Source: Picochlorum sp. SENEW3 (lineage: Eukaryota). From it: DNA of 64,000 bases. Positions 22,969-35,545 of the stretch are shown here, piece after piece (the stretch's first letter is position 1; each line of letters begins with the position of its first letter). A program made the position numbers and the translations under genes. Location of the stretch: positions 310,001 to 374,000 of the forward strand of contig CP120462.1 in assembly GCA_034226945.1 (NCBI GenBank), given 5' to 3'. The notes below the pieces were generated by a model. The model had not been told where the DNA came from. It worked only from the letters and a program-made list of their open reading frames with translations, and made no database searches.

Positions 22969-24183
22969 ATGAATTGCACGGTGCATCATACGAGATTGGT
23001 TCCAGAAGGTGCAAGACTGGAACGTCAGGTCCACTTGAGGCACAGTTGGGCACAGAACAAGGCTGCGTGTCGATTTCATCAGAATCGTTTGAAGACTATC
23101 AGACAGAGACATCCAGCTGGTGTGGTGGTACAGGCGATGAGTGCAGGTGCGTCTGCCAGACAGTCTTGAATGCATGACCTTCACTGTGCAAGGATGACGG
23201 AATTTCTAACGCATGCATTGAATTCTTAATACAGAAATTATTGACGGAAAGGCTACAGCTGCGACAATCCGACAGGAGTTGAAGGTGGAGGTGGATGCGT
23301 TGAGAGAAAAGTATGGCAAGTCTCCTGGGTTGGCGGTGGTGCTGGTGGGGGAGCGCAAGGACTCTCAGACGTATGTGAGGAATAAGAAGAAGGCGTGTGA
23401 AGAGGTTGGGATTGTGTCATATGGGACGGATTTGCCTGAAACTGCCAGCCAAGAGGAAGTTCTGAAGGTGGTGGAGGAATACAATGCTGATCCAAATGTT
23501 CATGGTATTCTGGTGCAACTTCCTCTTCCAGATCATATTGATGAACAGGTAATTTTGGATGCTATATCAATTGAAAAGGATGTTGATGGGTTCCATCCAT
23601 TGAACATTGGATGTCTCGCCATGCGAGGGAGGAATCCAAAGTTTGTTCCATGTACACCAAAGGGATGCATTGAGCTCTTGAAAAGAAGTGGGGTAGAGAT
23701 GGCTGGAAAGAAAGCAGCAGTCGTTGGAAGAAGTAATATTGTTGGAATGCCTGCTGCTCTCTTGTTGCAGAGGGAGAATGCAACTGTTACAATAATTCAT
23801 TCTCGTACGCCAAATGGGGCAGAGATTTGCTCTAGTGCAGACATTGTTATCGCCGCATGTGGGAAGGCAGAAATGGTTGATGGATCTTGGATCAAGCCGG
23901 GTGCTGCAGTGATTGATGTCGGGATCAATGCTGTTGATGTATGTTGCTTGCTCTTTTTTGTTCTTCATGGTCAAACTGAAGTATGACTCCATGCTTGCTA
24001 TTTTGAATGCAGGATCCAACCGCAAAGAGGGGATATAGGCTTGTGGGAGATGTCAACTTTGCGGAGGCGTCCGAGAAGGCCTCGTATATTACTCCCGTTC
24101 CCGGGGGTGTTGGTCCAATGACTATTGCCATGCTTCTCAGGAACTGTGTTGATGGGGCCGAGGCTGCGTTCAGCAAGGCTTAA
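22969..24183 (+). CDS. folD: Bifunctional methylenetetrahydrofolate dehydrogenase/cyclohydrolase; introns 23147-23234 and 23939-24012; a further 5' exon from 22809 is possible
   Basis: [60 protein letters not shown]. Confidence 0.93.
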
Positions 24184-24306
24184 CATAAAATGCATTTACA
24201 AATCATGAATTATTTTTGGTCCATAATACATCCAGTGCTCAGCATCTCATTGTCTACTCACACATGCGCATACTGATCTCTATAACCTAATTCTTGAGTT
24301 CATTTC

Positions 24307-26085
24307 TTAGCGATAGGTGTTCATGAATTTCTCATGGAAGCTCTTGAACTTTTGTACAAAATCAGCAATCTGGTCCTCTTGTGGCAAAATAGTTGTTCTC
24401 ATATGGAATGTTCCTTCTTCTTGGCCAAATCCGGCTCCTGGAACTGTTACAATACCAGTCTCTTTCAACAGCTCGAGGCAGTAGAATGTGTCTGGTGTTT
24501 TGCCTGCTGCTTTGGCAGCATCAATCGCCTTCTGAGGCAGGTGCAGCCTTGGGAAAGAATACATCGCACCCTCAGTGAATGTGCAAGATACTCCTTCGAG
24601 CGAATTGAACGAATCAGTCATGACGTGAGCTCTCCTCGTAAGACTTGCAAGTCCCTCATCCATTTCTTTCTTGTATTCATTGTATGATGCATCTCCTGGC
24701 TTTGGTGGATTTGCCATGAGGCTCATCGCCAGTTGTCCAGTTGTATTAGGACTCAAATTGATAGAGGCAGCCTTGTACATCTCTTCAATTGTCTTTGGAT
24801 GGAAGTTCACAAACTCAACATATCCTCCACGCAATCCACACTCACCCAGGACTCCTTTTGAAACTGTATGGAATGACGCCAACTCGACTCGATTGGAATA
24901 TGGAGCGCCCATTTCAGACAAGATCTTCTTGGCGGAAATGAATGGCTTTTCTGTCTGGTACACATTTGGTTGGTACACCTCGTCAGCCAACAGAACCAAA
25001 CCTTCATCATATGCAAACTTGACGATATCTTTCAAGCTATCAGCTGTCATGCACTGCCCTGTTGGGTTTCCTGGATTAATAAAGACAATAGCACGAACAT
25101 TTGTACCCTGAGCACGAGCCTCGTCGATCGATTTCTTGATTCCGTCCAGGTCCATACCCCAGCCCTTCTCTTCCTTCAAGTAGTAAGGAAGCAAAGTACC
25201 TCCGTACAATTGAATCGATGCTGAATACAATGGATATTGTGGAATTGGAACCAAAATTGCGTCATTCTCATTTCTAATTGCGCCATTCAGCACATATCGT
25301 ACGGCCACCGAAGCACCATCTGTCAAATAAATGTGCTCTGGATCAGCTGGGTGTCCATCTCTGCGTTCAATATAGTCTGCCACTTCCTGACGGATGCCAG
25401 CTGATCCTCTGGAATCGGTGTATGCTCCGAGTGCACCTCCGAACAACTTGTTCATCTCCTTGGCTCTTGCAATCACGTCTTCAGGAAACAATTCTGTGAC
25501 TTTTGGATGATCCATCAAAAATGGTGCTGAAACCAAAGCCTGAACTTGCCTGTTGTACGTGATTGGCTTTTGTCCCAACTGCTGTGGATTTCCAACTGCA
25601 ATATAATTCAATATCAGTAAAATTGCCACAGCATAGAAACTCGCACAGTATCGATGGGCGTCCCTTGGACAACAACAACAACAACAACCCTACCACCCTG
25701 ATCTTAGGGTAATGGTAGTAGTAGTGGTTCGGCCCAACAAACAACAAAACGCACCATTCGTGTAAATGATATCCTTCCCTTCCGCAGCCATCTCTTGTGC
25801 CTTGTTGTAAAGCTCACCACGCACAGCATACTGAGCCTTCAACAAATTCTCATTCAACGTCGTTGGATGCAACACATACCCATCCACTTTTGTTGGAGGA
25901 CCCTCCTTGTGGTCAGTCTCCTGTGCAGGCATTGCCCCGTAGAACCGCGGCATCATTTGCTGTATAGCAGCAAACTGCTTCTGATTTGTTTCATGCAGAG
26001 CAGATTTCGATCCCATCAATCCTCGTTCGAGGAGAGAGCCAATGCTCTTGGAAGATTTGCGGGACATGTGACACAATATACACAT
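24307..26085 (-). CDS. Alanine aminotransferase / glutamate:glyoxylate aminotransferase type; intron 25596-25754
   Basis: YAVRGELY...TN|VGNP, GAYTDSRG, PIPQYPLYSA, PLP-lysine motif SFHTVSKG..GECGLRGGY; organellar presequence, no C-terminal PTS1. Confidence 0.93.
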
Positions 26086-26572
26086 AATGACAGTTGATCA
26101 GAGGTTGTTCTCTCTTTACTTTGCCGTTTCTAATGATAATGATCAATAGATCAATCGATTGATTCAGCAATCTGTGGCATTTTGACCATATCTGGATTGT
26201 AGACATTCCAGCATCTCAGAGGACGCGCGTCAATGCGATGACGTGGCATTGATGCCAAAGAGATCTAGGTTGATCACCCAGATCTGTCTCGACATGATAC
26301 CATCATCTGATTTTCTATGTACCACCTCTCTCGAGGTGTGGTTTCTGTGCATCATATATCTCCTCATACATGCATGGCAATGATACTCTGCCTCTATTCT
26401 TAGGCAGAGTAAAAGCTTTCATCTAGTAGGGATCTTACCAAGGCAAGATCCCAAAACAAGACCCAGGTCAATACAACTGGCTGATTCATTATTAGAAAAT
26501 ACATCAAATTCAACATTTTCACCATAGATTAGAAGATTTTTTTCTGAATGATCACGATGATACATTAATTGC

Positions 26573-27939
26573 ATGGAGAGCATGAGCACGGGTCTAAGGG
26601 TGAGGCGAATTGTCTACCTCGTGAATGCATTTGAATATTATACTAATGATACTGTTATATAGATTGCTATCGAAGGATGTGGTCATGGAGAATTGGACAG
26701 GGTGTACTCGTCAGTGAAACAGCTGGAGGAATTGGATGGGAAAAAGGTGGACTTGGTTGTGTGCTGCGGGGATTTTCAGAGCGTGAGGAATCTGGATGAT
26801 TTGGAATGTATGGCTTGTCCGGTCAAGTACAGGAAATTAGGGTCTTTTTACGAGTATTACTCTGGAGTGAAAAAAGCTCCATATCCTACAGTGTTTGGTA
26901 CGCTGGATAATCTTGGGGAAATCCCGAGTGGAACATTGATGTTAACGCATGAATCATTATTATGGATGCAGTTGGAGGGAATCACGAGGCAATTAATTAT
27001 TTGAGGGAGCTGTACTATGGGGGGTGGGTAGCACCGAATATCTACTTTATGGGGTATTCTGGGGTCATCCATTTTGGGGGGATTCGTATTGCTGGGATTT
27101 CTGGGATATTTAAGGGGCATGATTACTTGATGGGACACCATGAAAGTCCTCCATATGACAATAGTAGTATGAGAAGCGCATATCACGTGCGATGTATGGA
27201 GGTGAGCAAGTTGATGAGCGTGACGGGACATGTTGATGTCTTTTTATCCCATGATTGGCCAGCTGGAATCACATCATACGGAGATGTGAATGACCTTGTG
27301 AGAAGGAAGCGATTCTTAGCGAGGGATATAGAACAAAATTCGCTGGGATCTCCTCCGCTGATGTCTCTGTTGAAAAAGATTCAGCCATCATATTGGTTCT
27401 CCGCACATCTTCATACAAAGTTTGCAGCGCTCGTTCCGCATTCAGATACGTCGTTCACACGATTTTTATCTCTGGATAAATGTCTTCCTGGAAGGGACTT
27501 TTTGCAAATTGTAGACTTCCCAGAGGCAAGTGGGCCAAAAGAATTCTCGTATGATGAGCAATGGCTTGCCATCATCAAGAAGACTCATCCAAGTCTCTCA
27601 TTTGATCGTTCGCCAATCACGCCCCCTCCTCCTGTAGAAATACATGAAGAGGAGCTGCGTCACATACGGGAGGTGTTCCAAGGAGACATGAAGGTCCCTG
27701 AGAAATTTGTATGCACTGCTCCCCCTTTTGATACAATGACAACTCAGGGGAAGGGGAACATGCCCATGCAACTGTTAGAAAACCCTCAAACAAAGTCTTT
27801 GATGGATACATTGGAGATAGAATTCCCTGCACGACATGCTTCAGATAATGCAGCACGAAACAACCCACCGCCAAATCCAGAAATGATTGACATTGATGAC
27901 GATGACATTGATCCAGCCATTCAGGCAATTTTACATTAA
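26573..27939 (+). CDS. DBR1: RNA lariat debranching enzyme; introns 26600-26662 and 26898-26971
   Basis: IAIEGCGHGELD, CCGDFQSVRN, GGNHEA, FLSHDWP, WFSAHLH, LDKCLPGRDFLQ. Confidence 0.95.
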
Positions 27940-27957
27940 TACATATAAATATTCTTT

Positions 27958-28460
27958 TTATGATGCCTTGGGTGCTTTTTGCTCGATATACATTGCAATT
28001 TGCTGCAAAGCATCCCGTCTTGACTGAATAATCTGTGATAGCTGCTCCACCCTATCTTTGACCAGCATAACTTTTCTTCGACAATAGTCAATGCCAGCGT
28101 CCACATCTCTCTGCACAGAAATATCATATACAGTAAACACATGAACGTCACACATGAACATGCCGCGATACCCACCTCTATGTAGTACCCAGTGCCAACT
28201 TCAAGCAACACAGTTTCCACACTCTTCAATGTACCAGGAACATATAAAGACTCTGTCATCGGAAGCATCAGCGTATCTCCCTCTTTTGCATCTTTTAACC
28301 CCTCAACACTCCGTCCAGCCGCAGCGAATCGTGCAGCTGTCCGCTGCAATGCAACAAGGCTGTTCACAAAGTTGTTTACTTCATTGGACAACTGTTGCTG
28401 CAGTTGCTGTAACTCTCCCACACTCAATTGAGAAATATCAATCTGCTGTTTACTAGACAT
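27958..28460 (-). CDS. PFD5: Prefoldin subunit 5; intron 28111-28175
   Basis: LMLPMTESLYVPG...VLLEVGTGYYIE|RDVDAGIDYCRRK. Confidence 0.93.
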
Positions 28461-28809
28461 GGATAGATACTATACTCGCTATCGTCTGTGTCAGAAGTCA
28501 AACAGGCACAATGCCGATTCAACTCGCCTTTCTCCGTTCAACGAAACTAGTGCCGATACTAGTAGGTAAAAATGATTCTTCTCCACTAATAATAATTTAA
28601 AAATGGAATGAAGATGAACGTGGTGGCCTGAATGAAATGCTTCACGTTTCTCTCAGGATCTCTTCAAGTTCAGATCTCAAAATCCTGAAAAATCTTGAAA
28701 CATGGTGGGCAAAGACTGGAAATACCTCATATTGCCATCAATTATTTTTTATTTTTTAAGCAGAGTATTCCAGGAGAATCGTTGGGAAGAGGGCTGCTGG
28801 GTGTGTGTC

Positions 28810-31421
28810 ATGCAGGTGGTTCGAAAGACAGCGCTCACTCCCTGTAGTAGGAGGATAGGTTGGGATGATATTGTTGATACTTGTAAAAGTATAATTGTAT
28901 CTTCAGTGAATGGGTGTCATTGGGACTTGAGGGGTACAACGTCTCAACACTTGCAAGACAGGTCTTTTCATGTCAGCTTGCCAAGCTTTGTGGATGCTGC
29001 TGCTGGGAAAGATTTCAAGAGCGAGTCATCGACTACCAGTGAGAAAAGGCCCAGGAGAAAGTTGAAGAAGGGTGAGAGTACTTTTGACGTTCGAGGCAGA
29101 GGTCGTCCTGGGTCAGGAGCAGGTCAGAGAGCATTTGGAGAGAAGAAGGATAGAAATGATCAAGAAGGCAATAGAGTATGGTCAAATAAGTGGAAATCAC
29201 CCCAGAAAATTGATTCCGAGCACAGGTCTAGGAAAATCGGTGTGGCTGGTGAGTGGCAGAGAAGCGGTCTGAGTAGACAGGGTCATCGTGCCCCTCGTGA
29301 TTTTTCACAAAGGCGTACACCAATGGCAGATTTACCTCAGGACAATATTAGCGATGCTGGAGGTGATGTCGATATGGACGGATCTTTGGGGTTACCTGAG
29401 GGATCTACTTTGCGGAGTAAAAAGAATTGGTCAAAGCAAAAGAAGGGAAGAACTCAAGAGAGACAGAAAGGGACTTCACGACACAGTCAGAATGAATCTC
29501 AGATCAAATCATCCAAGCATAGTTTTCTAGAGAAGAAGGGCCCTGAAAAGAATGTGGTGAAAAAGAAGGAGGCCAGTGCCCCTGTAATAATACAAGTGCC
29601 TGCAGATGTATCTGTTGTGAAGTTTGCAAAGTTACTTGGTACGGCTTCTTTTAACAAACGTGATGCATGCTTGAAACGCAGATCAAATAATTATGCTTGA
29701 ATTTCTTTGTAGGTGTCTCGTATTCCCAAGTCGAAAGGGTGCTGGGAGATATTGGAGAAACTCTCCAAAGTGATGAAGAGAGTCTCAGTCCAGACTTGGC
29801 AGAGTTGGTTGCTATGGAGTTGGGGAAGACTATTGAAGTCATAAAGGGGGATGAAAGCCCGGAAATAGATGCCGTTATGCATCCCCGCCCTCCTGTAATA
29901 ACAGTCATGGGGCATGTTGATCATGGCAAGACTAGTTTGCTGGATGCATTGAGAAGCACGAGTGTTGCAGCAAGAGAGGCTGGGGGAATCACGCAGCATA
30001 TTGGGGCTTTTGAGGTGTCAATGCCAGAATCTGGGAGCTCATTAACATTTCTTGACACACCAGGTCACGCAGCGTTTTCTGCCATGAGGGCTAGGGGAGC
30101 TGCTTTGACAGATATTGTAGTTTTGGTTGTTGCTGCAGATGATGGCGTCATGCCTCAAACTAGGGAAGCGTATGCTCATGCTAAGGCATCTGGATGTCCA
30201 ATAGTTGTTGCAATAACCAAGTGCGACCTTGATGGGGCGAATGTAGACAGAGTAAAGCAAGATGTAGCTGACTTAGGATTAGAGATTGAGGACTTTGGAG
30301 GAAATGTTCAGGTGGTAGAACTCGCAGCACCAAAAGGTATCGGTCTCAAAGAACTAGAGACTGCGTTGCTATTAGAATCGGAAGTGATGGAGCCTAAAGC
30401 GCCCGTGGATGTACCTGCTAGGGGCATTGTTGTGGAAGCTAGGGTAGACAAAGGCCAAGGGCCACTGGCAATGGTGATTGTAACAGGAGGTCAACTGAAA
30501 AAAGGACAATCAATCGTCGTAGGAAGTGAATGGGGAAGGGTAAGGAATTTAAAAGATTACACGGGAAAACAAGTTGGCCCAGAAGGTATCTCCCCTGGCA
30601 GGCCAGCAGAGGTGGTAGGGCTGCGAGGTGTGCCAAATGCAGGTGACGAGCTTCTCGTGGTCACGAGCGACGATAGAGCTCAAAAATTGAGTAAAGCGCG
30701 TTCAATACGGGCTGAAGCAGTGAAACAGTCCATTATTCAAGCAAGTAACACAACTGAACCAGTAACAAGTGAAGTCGAATCAGGTGACGAAGAATCCACT
30801 GAACATGGCCCCATTTCAATTCCAGTGATTGTGAAAGCTGACGTTCACGGATCTGCAGAAGCTGTGAAAGAATCAATAATCGCTTTGGGAAATGAGCACG
30901 TAAAAATTAATGTCGTGCATGTAGGAGTTGGACCAATCACATGCTCTGATATTGATCTTGCTGTTCCATTCGGAGGCCGTGTTGTGGGATTCAACGTCAA
31001 AACCGCATCAGATGCAGAGGCGTTAGCAAAATCTAGAGGCATTATGATAATGAATAGGAGAATCATTTATGATTTGATGGAAGATGTTGAATCTATAGTG
31101 CAGGGAGCCACTCCAAAACCTCCAGAGGATGTTGTAATCGGCAATGCAGAGGTATTAGCCCTGTTCAAGGTTCCTGCAAGGAAAGGAAACCCTGCAAAAG
31201 TTGTTGCTGGATGTAGGGTTTTAGATGGAAATATCAAAGCTGGTCTAAAGGTGCATGTTCTCAGGAGCGGGGAGATTATCCACGAGGGTCACTTGGATTC
31301 CTTGAGAAGACATAAGCTGGATGTCCAAACAGTGGGGAAAGGAACCGAGTGCGGTGTCATTCTAGAAGAGTTTGGAGACTTCATGGTGGGCGACTCATTG
31401 TCATGCATTGAAGTGCAGTGA
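28810..31421 (+). CDS. infB: Translation initiation factor IF-2, organellar (likely mitochondrial); intron 29639-29712
   Basis: RPPVITVMGHVDHGKTSLLD, AGGITQHIGAF, DTPGHAAF, KADVHGS; start codon uncertain (28702 or 28810). Confidence 0.92.
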
Positions 31422-31607
31422 CGCATGCGGTGTCCATGGTGGAGCAGATATCTTGGGCCCCATCTGAGTGGAAGATGCCGACTATCTGGGCCTTTTCCCG
31501 ACCTGATTCGTGAGTATGTACATCTATGCCGGGCATTGTGAGATCAAATCAATTGTAATTCGTAAAAATCGCAGATAGAGTGCAAGAGTTTGTGCAATTT
31601 TGTTCGC

Positions 31608-32549
31608 ATGTTGTCGTCCAAGGCTGGTGTATCTGCTGCTCCTGCAAGACGATCCGTAAGAATGTCAGCCTCCAAGAACGATACCAACAAGATGAAGGTC
31701 GTAATCACCGGAGCAGGTGGCAGGACTGGGCAACTTGTAATGAAAAAGCTCCTCCAGGATCGCAAGGATGAGTTCTTGCCCATTGGCGTTGTCCGATCTG
31801 AGGCGAGCGCTGCCAAATTGAAAGAATATGGTGCAACTGATGATCAGATAGTGATTGGAGATATCATCGGTGAAAATGGGAAGGCTACTTTGGAGAAGGC
31901 CATGGCTGATAGTCAGAGACTCGTCATCTGCACGAGCGCTGTGCCTCAGATTGTGAAATTGTCCCTCATTCCAGTGATCCTCGCCAAAATATTTAGGAGA
32001 GAGGGCGTGAGGCCCAAATTCACCTTCAAGAATGATCAAACACCGGAGCAAATTGATTGGTTGGGCCAGAAGAGCCAAATAGATGTTGCCAAGAGTTCTG
32101 GAGTTGAGAAGGTAGTTCTTGTCGGATCTATGGGAGGAACGGACAAAGATAACTTCCTGAACACTATAGGTGATGGCAATATTTTGGTCTGGAAAAGGAG
32201 GGCAGAGAAGTATTTGATTGATAGTGGCATCAATTACACAATTTTGCACCCAGGAGGTTTGAAGGATGATCCTGGGTCTGAGAGAGAAATCTTACTGAAT
32301 GTTGATGATGCCTTTATCAACGATAAGTCTGGGCCTAGATCGATTCCTCGTGCTGATGTGGCAGAGTTGTGTGTCCAAAGTTTGACCATGGGAGACAGGC
32401 GTGCTGTAGATTGTGTAGCACGAGATCCCCAGGACGGGAAGCCTACAACGGATTTCCAATCTCTTTTTGACAGTATGAAAAGGAACTGTGACTACTCTGA
32501 TATGAAAGATGATCCCATCTTGGGAGCGTCTTTTGCCTCCAAAGCCTAA
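31608..32549 (+). CDS. Plastid NAD(P)-binding Rossmann protein (atypical SDR)
   Basis: VVITGAGGRTG, LVGSMGGT, NILVWKRRAEKYL, IPRADVAE; transit peptide. Confidence 0.88.
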   Translation: MLSSKAGVSAAPARRSVRMSASKNDTNKMKVVITGAGGRTGQLVMKKLLQDRKDEFLPIGVVRSEASAAKLKEYGATDDQIVIGDIIGENGKATLEKAMADSQRLVICTSAVPQIVKLSLIPVILAKIFRREGVRPKFTFKNDQTPEQIDWLGQKSQIDVAKSSGVEKVVLVGSMGGTDKDNFLNTIGDGNILVWKRRAEKYLIDSGINYTILHPGGLKDDPGSEREILLNVDDAFINDKSGPRSIPRADVAELCVQSLTMGDRRAVDCVARDPQDGKPTTDFQSLFDSMKRNCDYSDMKDDPILGASFASKA

Positions 32550-32891
32550 CTTTTTGGCTTCTGTGTGTCTTTACACCTTGTCTTGGTCAACGCAGTGGGA
32601 AGGAACAAACAAGAGCTAGAACGTCAATGTAGCCTCCTGAACGAACATTACGATATTTTCTTCACACTTGTTACAATTGTGCAAAACATAACAACTAATT
32701 GCTGCCGGTGGTCAATGATTCCCATCAAGGTGGCCAAACGATGGGGACACCGATTTACGTAGATACCCTATCCTACAATTGCCAGCTTTTCTCTAGAAGC
32801 CTTATCCGATTGCTGCGCTTCCAGCAAGGGTTATTTCTAACGTTTCGACTCACAGTTGCTACAATAGCATTCAATTCGCTTTAAAAAGACA

Positions 32892-34172
32892 ATGCTGGCC
32901 CTTTCCGCTGCACCATCCACTAGGCTTCCAAGAGTTGCCTCGGCGAGGAGCTCACGTTCCAAACCAGTGAGGGTCGCCAACGTCGCCGTTAGAGCTTCCA
33001 AGTCTTCCGAGGTGAGTGATTCATAATTTATATTCATAGGTGCCTTGATTTGCATTGTTATAAAGGAGAAGGGGGGACTATGTATCCTCCTGATGCTCTT
33101 GAATAAATTTTGGTCACGAGGCGGTCGCGTCCATTCTTGTATTATACGGCGCCTCATGGGCTTCTAATAGCCCATTGAGCTGATTTAGGGATCGAATATG
33201 CGCCGAGATCTTCTCAAAGTCGCTATCCCGTATAGATCGGCGATCAGACGTCTGGAGTTTAGGATGATGCTGGGATTCTGCCAGTATTTGCGATTGTGTT
33301 AGGTCATGTTTGGGATTCTAATGGATTTCTCATGTGCGCAGGTTGATGACGTGACTAAAGCAGTAGCCATGATGTCTCTTGCTTCTCCTCTGCTCTTCAC
33401 AGAGTCTGCTAGTGCTGCCACTGAGATGATGAGCGTCGCTGGTGGAGACGGCCGTGCTGGACTCCTTGCTTTCCCTCTTCTTGCTGCCTTGGGCTGGGTG
33501 GGATTCAACATTGCCGGACCAGCCTTGAACCAGATCAACACGATGGGAGAGAAGAAGAAGGCCTTTGTTGCCGGTGGCATGGGCCTTGCCACCCTGCTGG
33601 CCGCCCAGAATGCTGATGCTGCCACTGAGATGATGAGCGTCGCTGGTGGAGATGGCCGTGCTGGACTCCTTGCTTTCCCTCTTCTTGCTGCCTTGGGCTG
33701 GGTGGGATTTAACATTGCCGGACCAGCCTTGAACCAGATCAACACGATGGGAGAGAAGAAGAAGGCCTTTGTTGCCGGTGGCATGGGCCTTGCCACCCTG
33801 CTGGCCGCCCAGAATGCTGATGCTGCCACTGAGATGATGAGCGTCGCTGGTGGAGACGGCCGTGCTGGACTCCTTGCTTTCCCTCTTCTTGCTGCCTTGG
33901 GCTGGGTGGGATTCAACATTGCCGGACCAGCCTTGAACCAAATCAACACCATGGGAGAGAAGAAGAAGGCCTTTGTTGCCGGTGGCATGGGCCTTGCCAC
34001 CCTGCTGGCCGCCCAGAATGCTGATGCTGCCACTGAGATGATGAGTGTCGCTGGTGGAGATGGCCGTGCTGGACTCCTTGCCTTCCCTCTTCTTGCTGCC
34101 TTGGGCTGGGTGGGATTCAACATTGCCGGACCAGCCTTGAACCAGATCAACACGATGGGAGAGAAGAAGTAA
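32892..34172 (+). CDS. psbY: Photosystem II PsbY polyprotein, four units; intron 33012-33341
   Basis: Transit peptide exon; four copies of DGRAGLLAFPLLAALGWVGFNIAGPALNQ, each preceded by a hydrophobic signal ending in A-x-A. Confidence 0.92.
33414..34169 (+). repeat. 204-bp tandem coding repeat, about 3.7 copies
   Basis: Units start at 33414, 33618, 33822 and 34026; they differ only at a few synonymous sites. Confidence 0.97.
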
Positions 34173-34392
34173 GCTCTGCTAGCCACACTTGATTTTGCTT
34201 CGAATATAATGATGAGATATAGATACTCCTTGCGGTGTATATGTAATTTATAAATAGATCCGCCTCAGGAGACTCGGAATTCCCTCAGATGCACATTCTG
34301 CTATGTGACTTGATGCCCATGATGGGCCAATCAGATTTTATCCCTGGGAAATCCACACGTGACAGCTGACGAATATAAATAAATTAAAAAAT

Positions 34393-35153
34393 ATGAGTGA
34401 CGAATTTCACTTATTTCAAGATGAGAATTCTCATCATGCTGTCGCAGGTAGAACAACGACCGTTCAACCGAATCAGCATCTAGCGTCTCGGACAGGTCAT
34501 GAGAGTCTCATGCCCTCTAAAACTGCTTTATCAGATAGACGAGCCTTAGGAAATATTACAAATAACGGTAATATTCACACGACAAGTAAGCCACAGCAGA
34601 TATCTGTCCGTCGAAGCGAGAACAACGGACTTCGCTCTCAGAGCAGCACGGCGCTTGCAGATACGAAGCAGAATACTGCAATAGATAACGAAAGAAATAC
34701 AAGGATCGAATACTTAGTACAAGGGGGCGTGGAATGTAGCGCTGGGCCTACTTGGGAGGAGCAACAGGTACTACAAGAGCTTGGGTCTGCAGACACCCTA
34801 AAGTATGCTGTATCTGCTTACAACAATATGATACAGACGCATGTATCAAAATTGTGTGAGGATTTGGGTGAAGACACGTCGGGCACTGAGGTATGCAATG
34901 GATTTTCTGAAAATAGTAATCAAAATTTACTTCCTAAATGAAACATGACAGTACTGGCGCATCATGGCACTCATTTCTTTGTATTGTACAGGCGAGGAGA
35001 ATGATTGTTCGAGACGTGATGGCAGTGCAGAATCGAGAATCCTGCGTGGACATTCCTAATGCATCTTCACTCTCTAGAAAGAAAACAAGCACATCAGAAT
35101 TGGATATTTATTGCTCAGATGATGAGGACCTGGGGTCATCAGAGCTTCCTTGA
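34393..35153 (+). CDS. Disordered protein of about 219 aa with DEN-box and D-box (putative APC/C substrate, PATRONUS/securin-like); intron 34891-34991
   Basis: LFQDENS near the N-terminus; RRALGNITN D-box; phase-0 GTATGC..ACAG intron joins ORFs 34393 and 34938; acidic C-terminus. Confidence 0.6.
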
Positions 35154-35545
35154 GGAACAAAAACACATTCTCAATGAACAATATGGTTGATTTTTGGTCA
35201 TGTAAGATAAGTATAATGTGCACACTGTCGGCTGTCCCGCATCAGGATCATTTGATGCATGTTGAAAGATGATTCAAGTGCAAATGGCATAGTGCAATTG
35301 ATGGAGAGACGTGTTGGGATCATGCTCAATTCATGATCCTACGGATACGAGGGATATTCTCTATCTAATACAAATAAATTTATACTTTTATTCGTTAGCA
35401 ATTTGCGGCGGACTAGTCCGAGTCGCTCCTGGTGTATAGACGAGTAGTCACTCGTGCGTGGGACACCGACAACACGGTAGCTTCTTTACAGTAAAGCTCT
35501 TTCAGCTGCTCAAGTATCGTTGGTATACAATAATAGTTAGTAAAG

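Noticed and set aside
1036..28460. Prefoldin gene cluster (PFD2 and PFD5)
   Set aside because: The genes are 26 kb and many unrelated genes apart; compatible with chance
33100..33160. Intronic snRNA suggested by Sm-site-like AAATTTTGG plus a hairpin
   Set aside because: No U1, U2, U4 or U5 signature sequences nearby
33299..34186. Long antisense ORFs or a CRISPR-like array over the 204-bp repeats
   Set aside because: Shadows of the psbY coding repeat; there are no unique spacers
35409..35420. Perfect 12-bp palindrome CGGACTAGTCCG and nearby hairpins upstream of SYP7
   Set aside because: Too short to support a claim; no tRNA or known RNA fold
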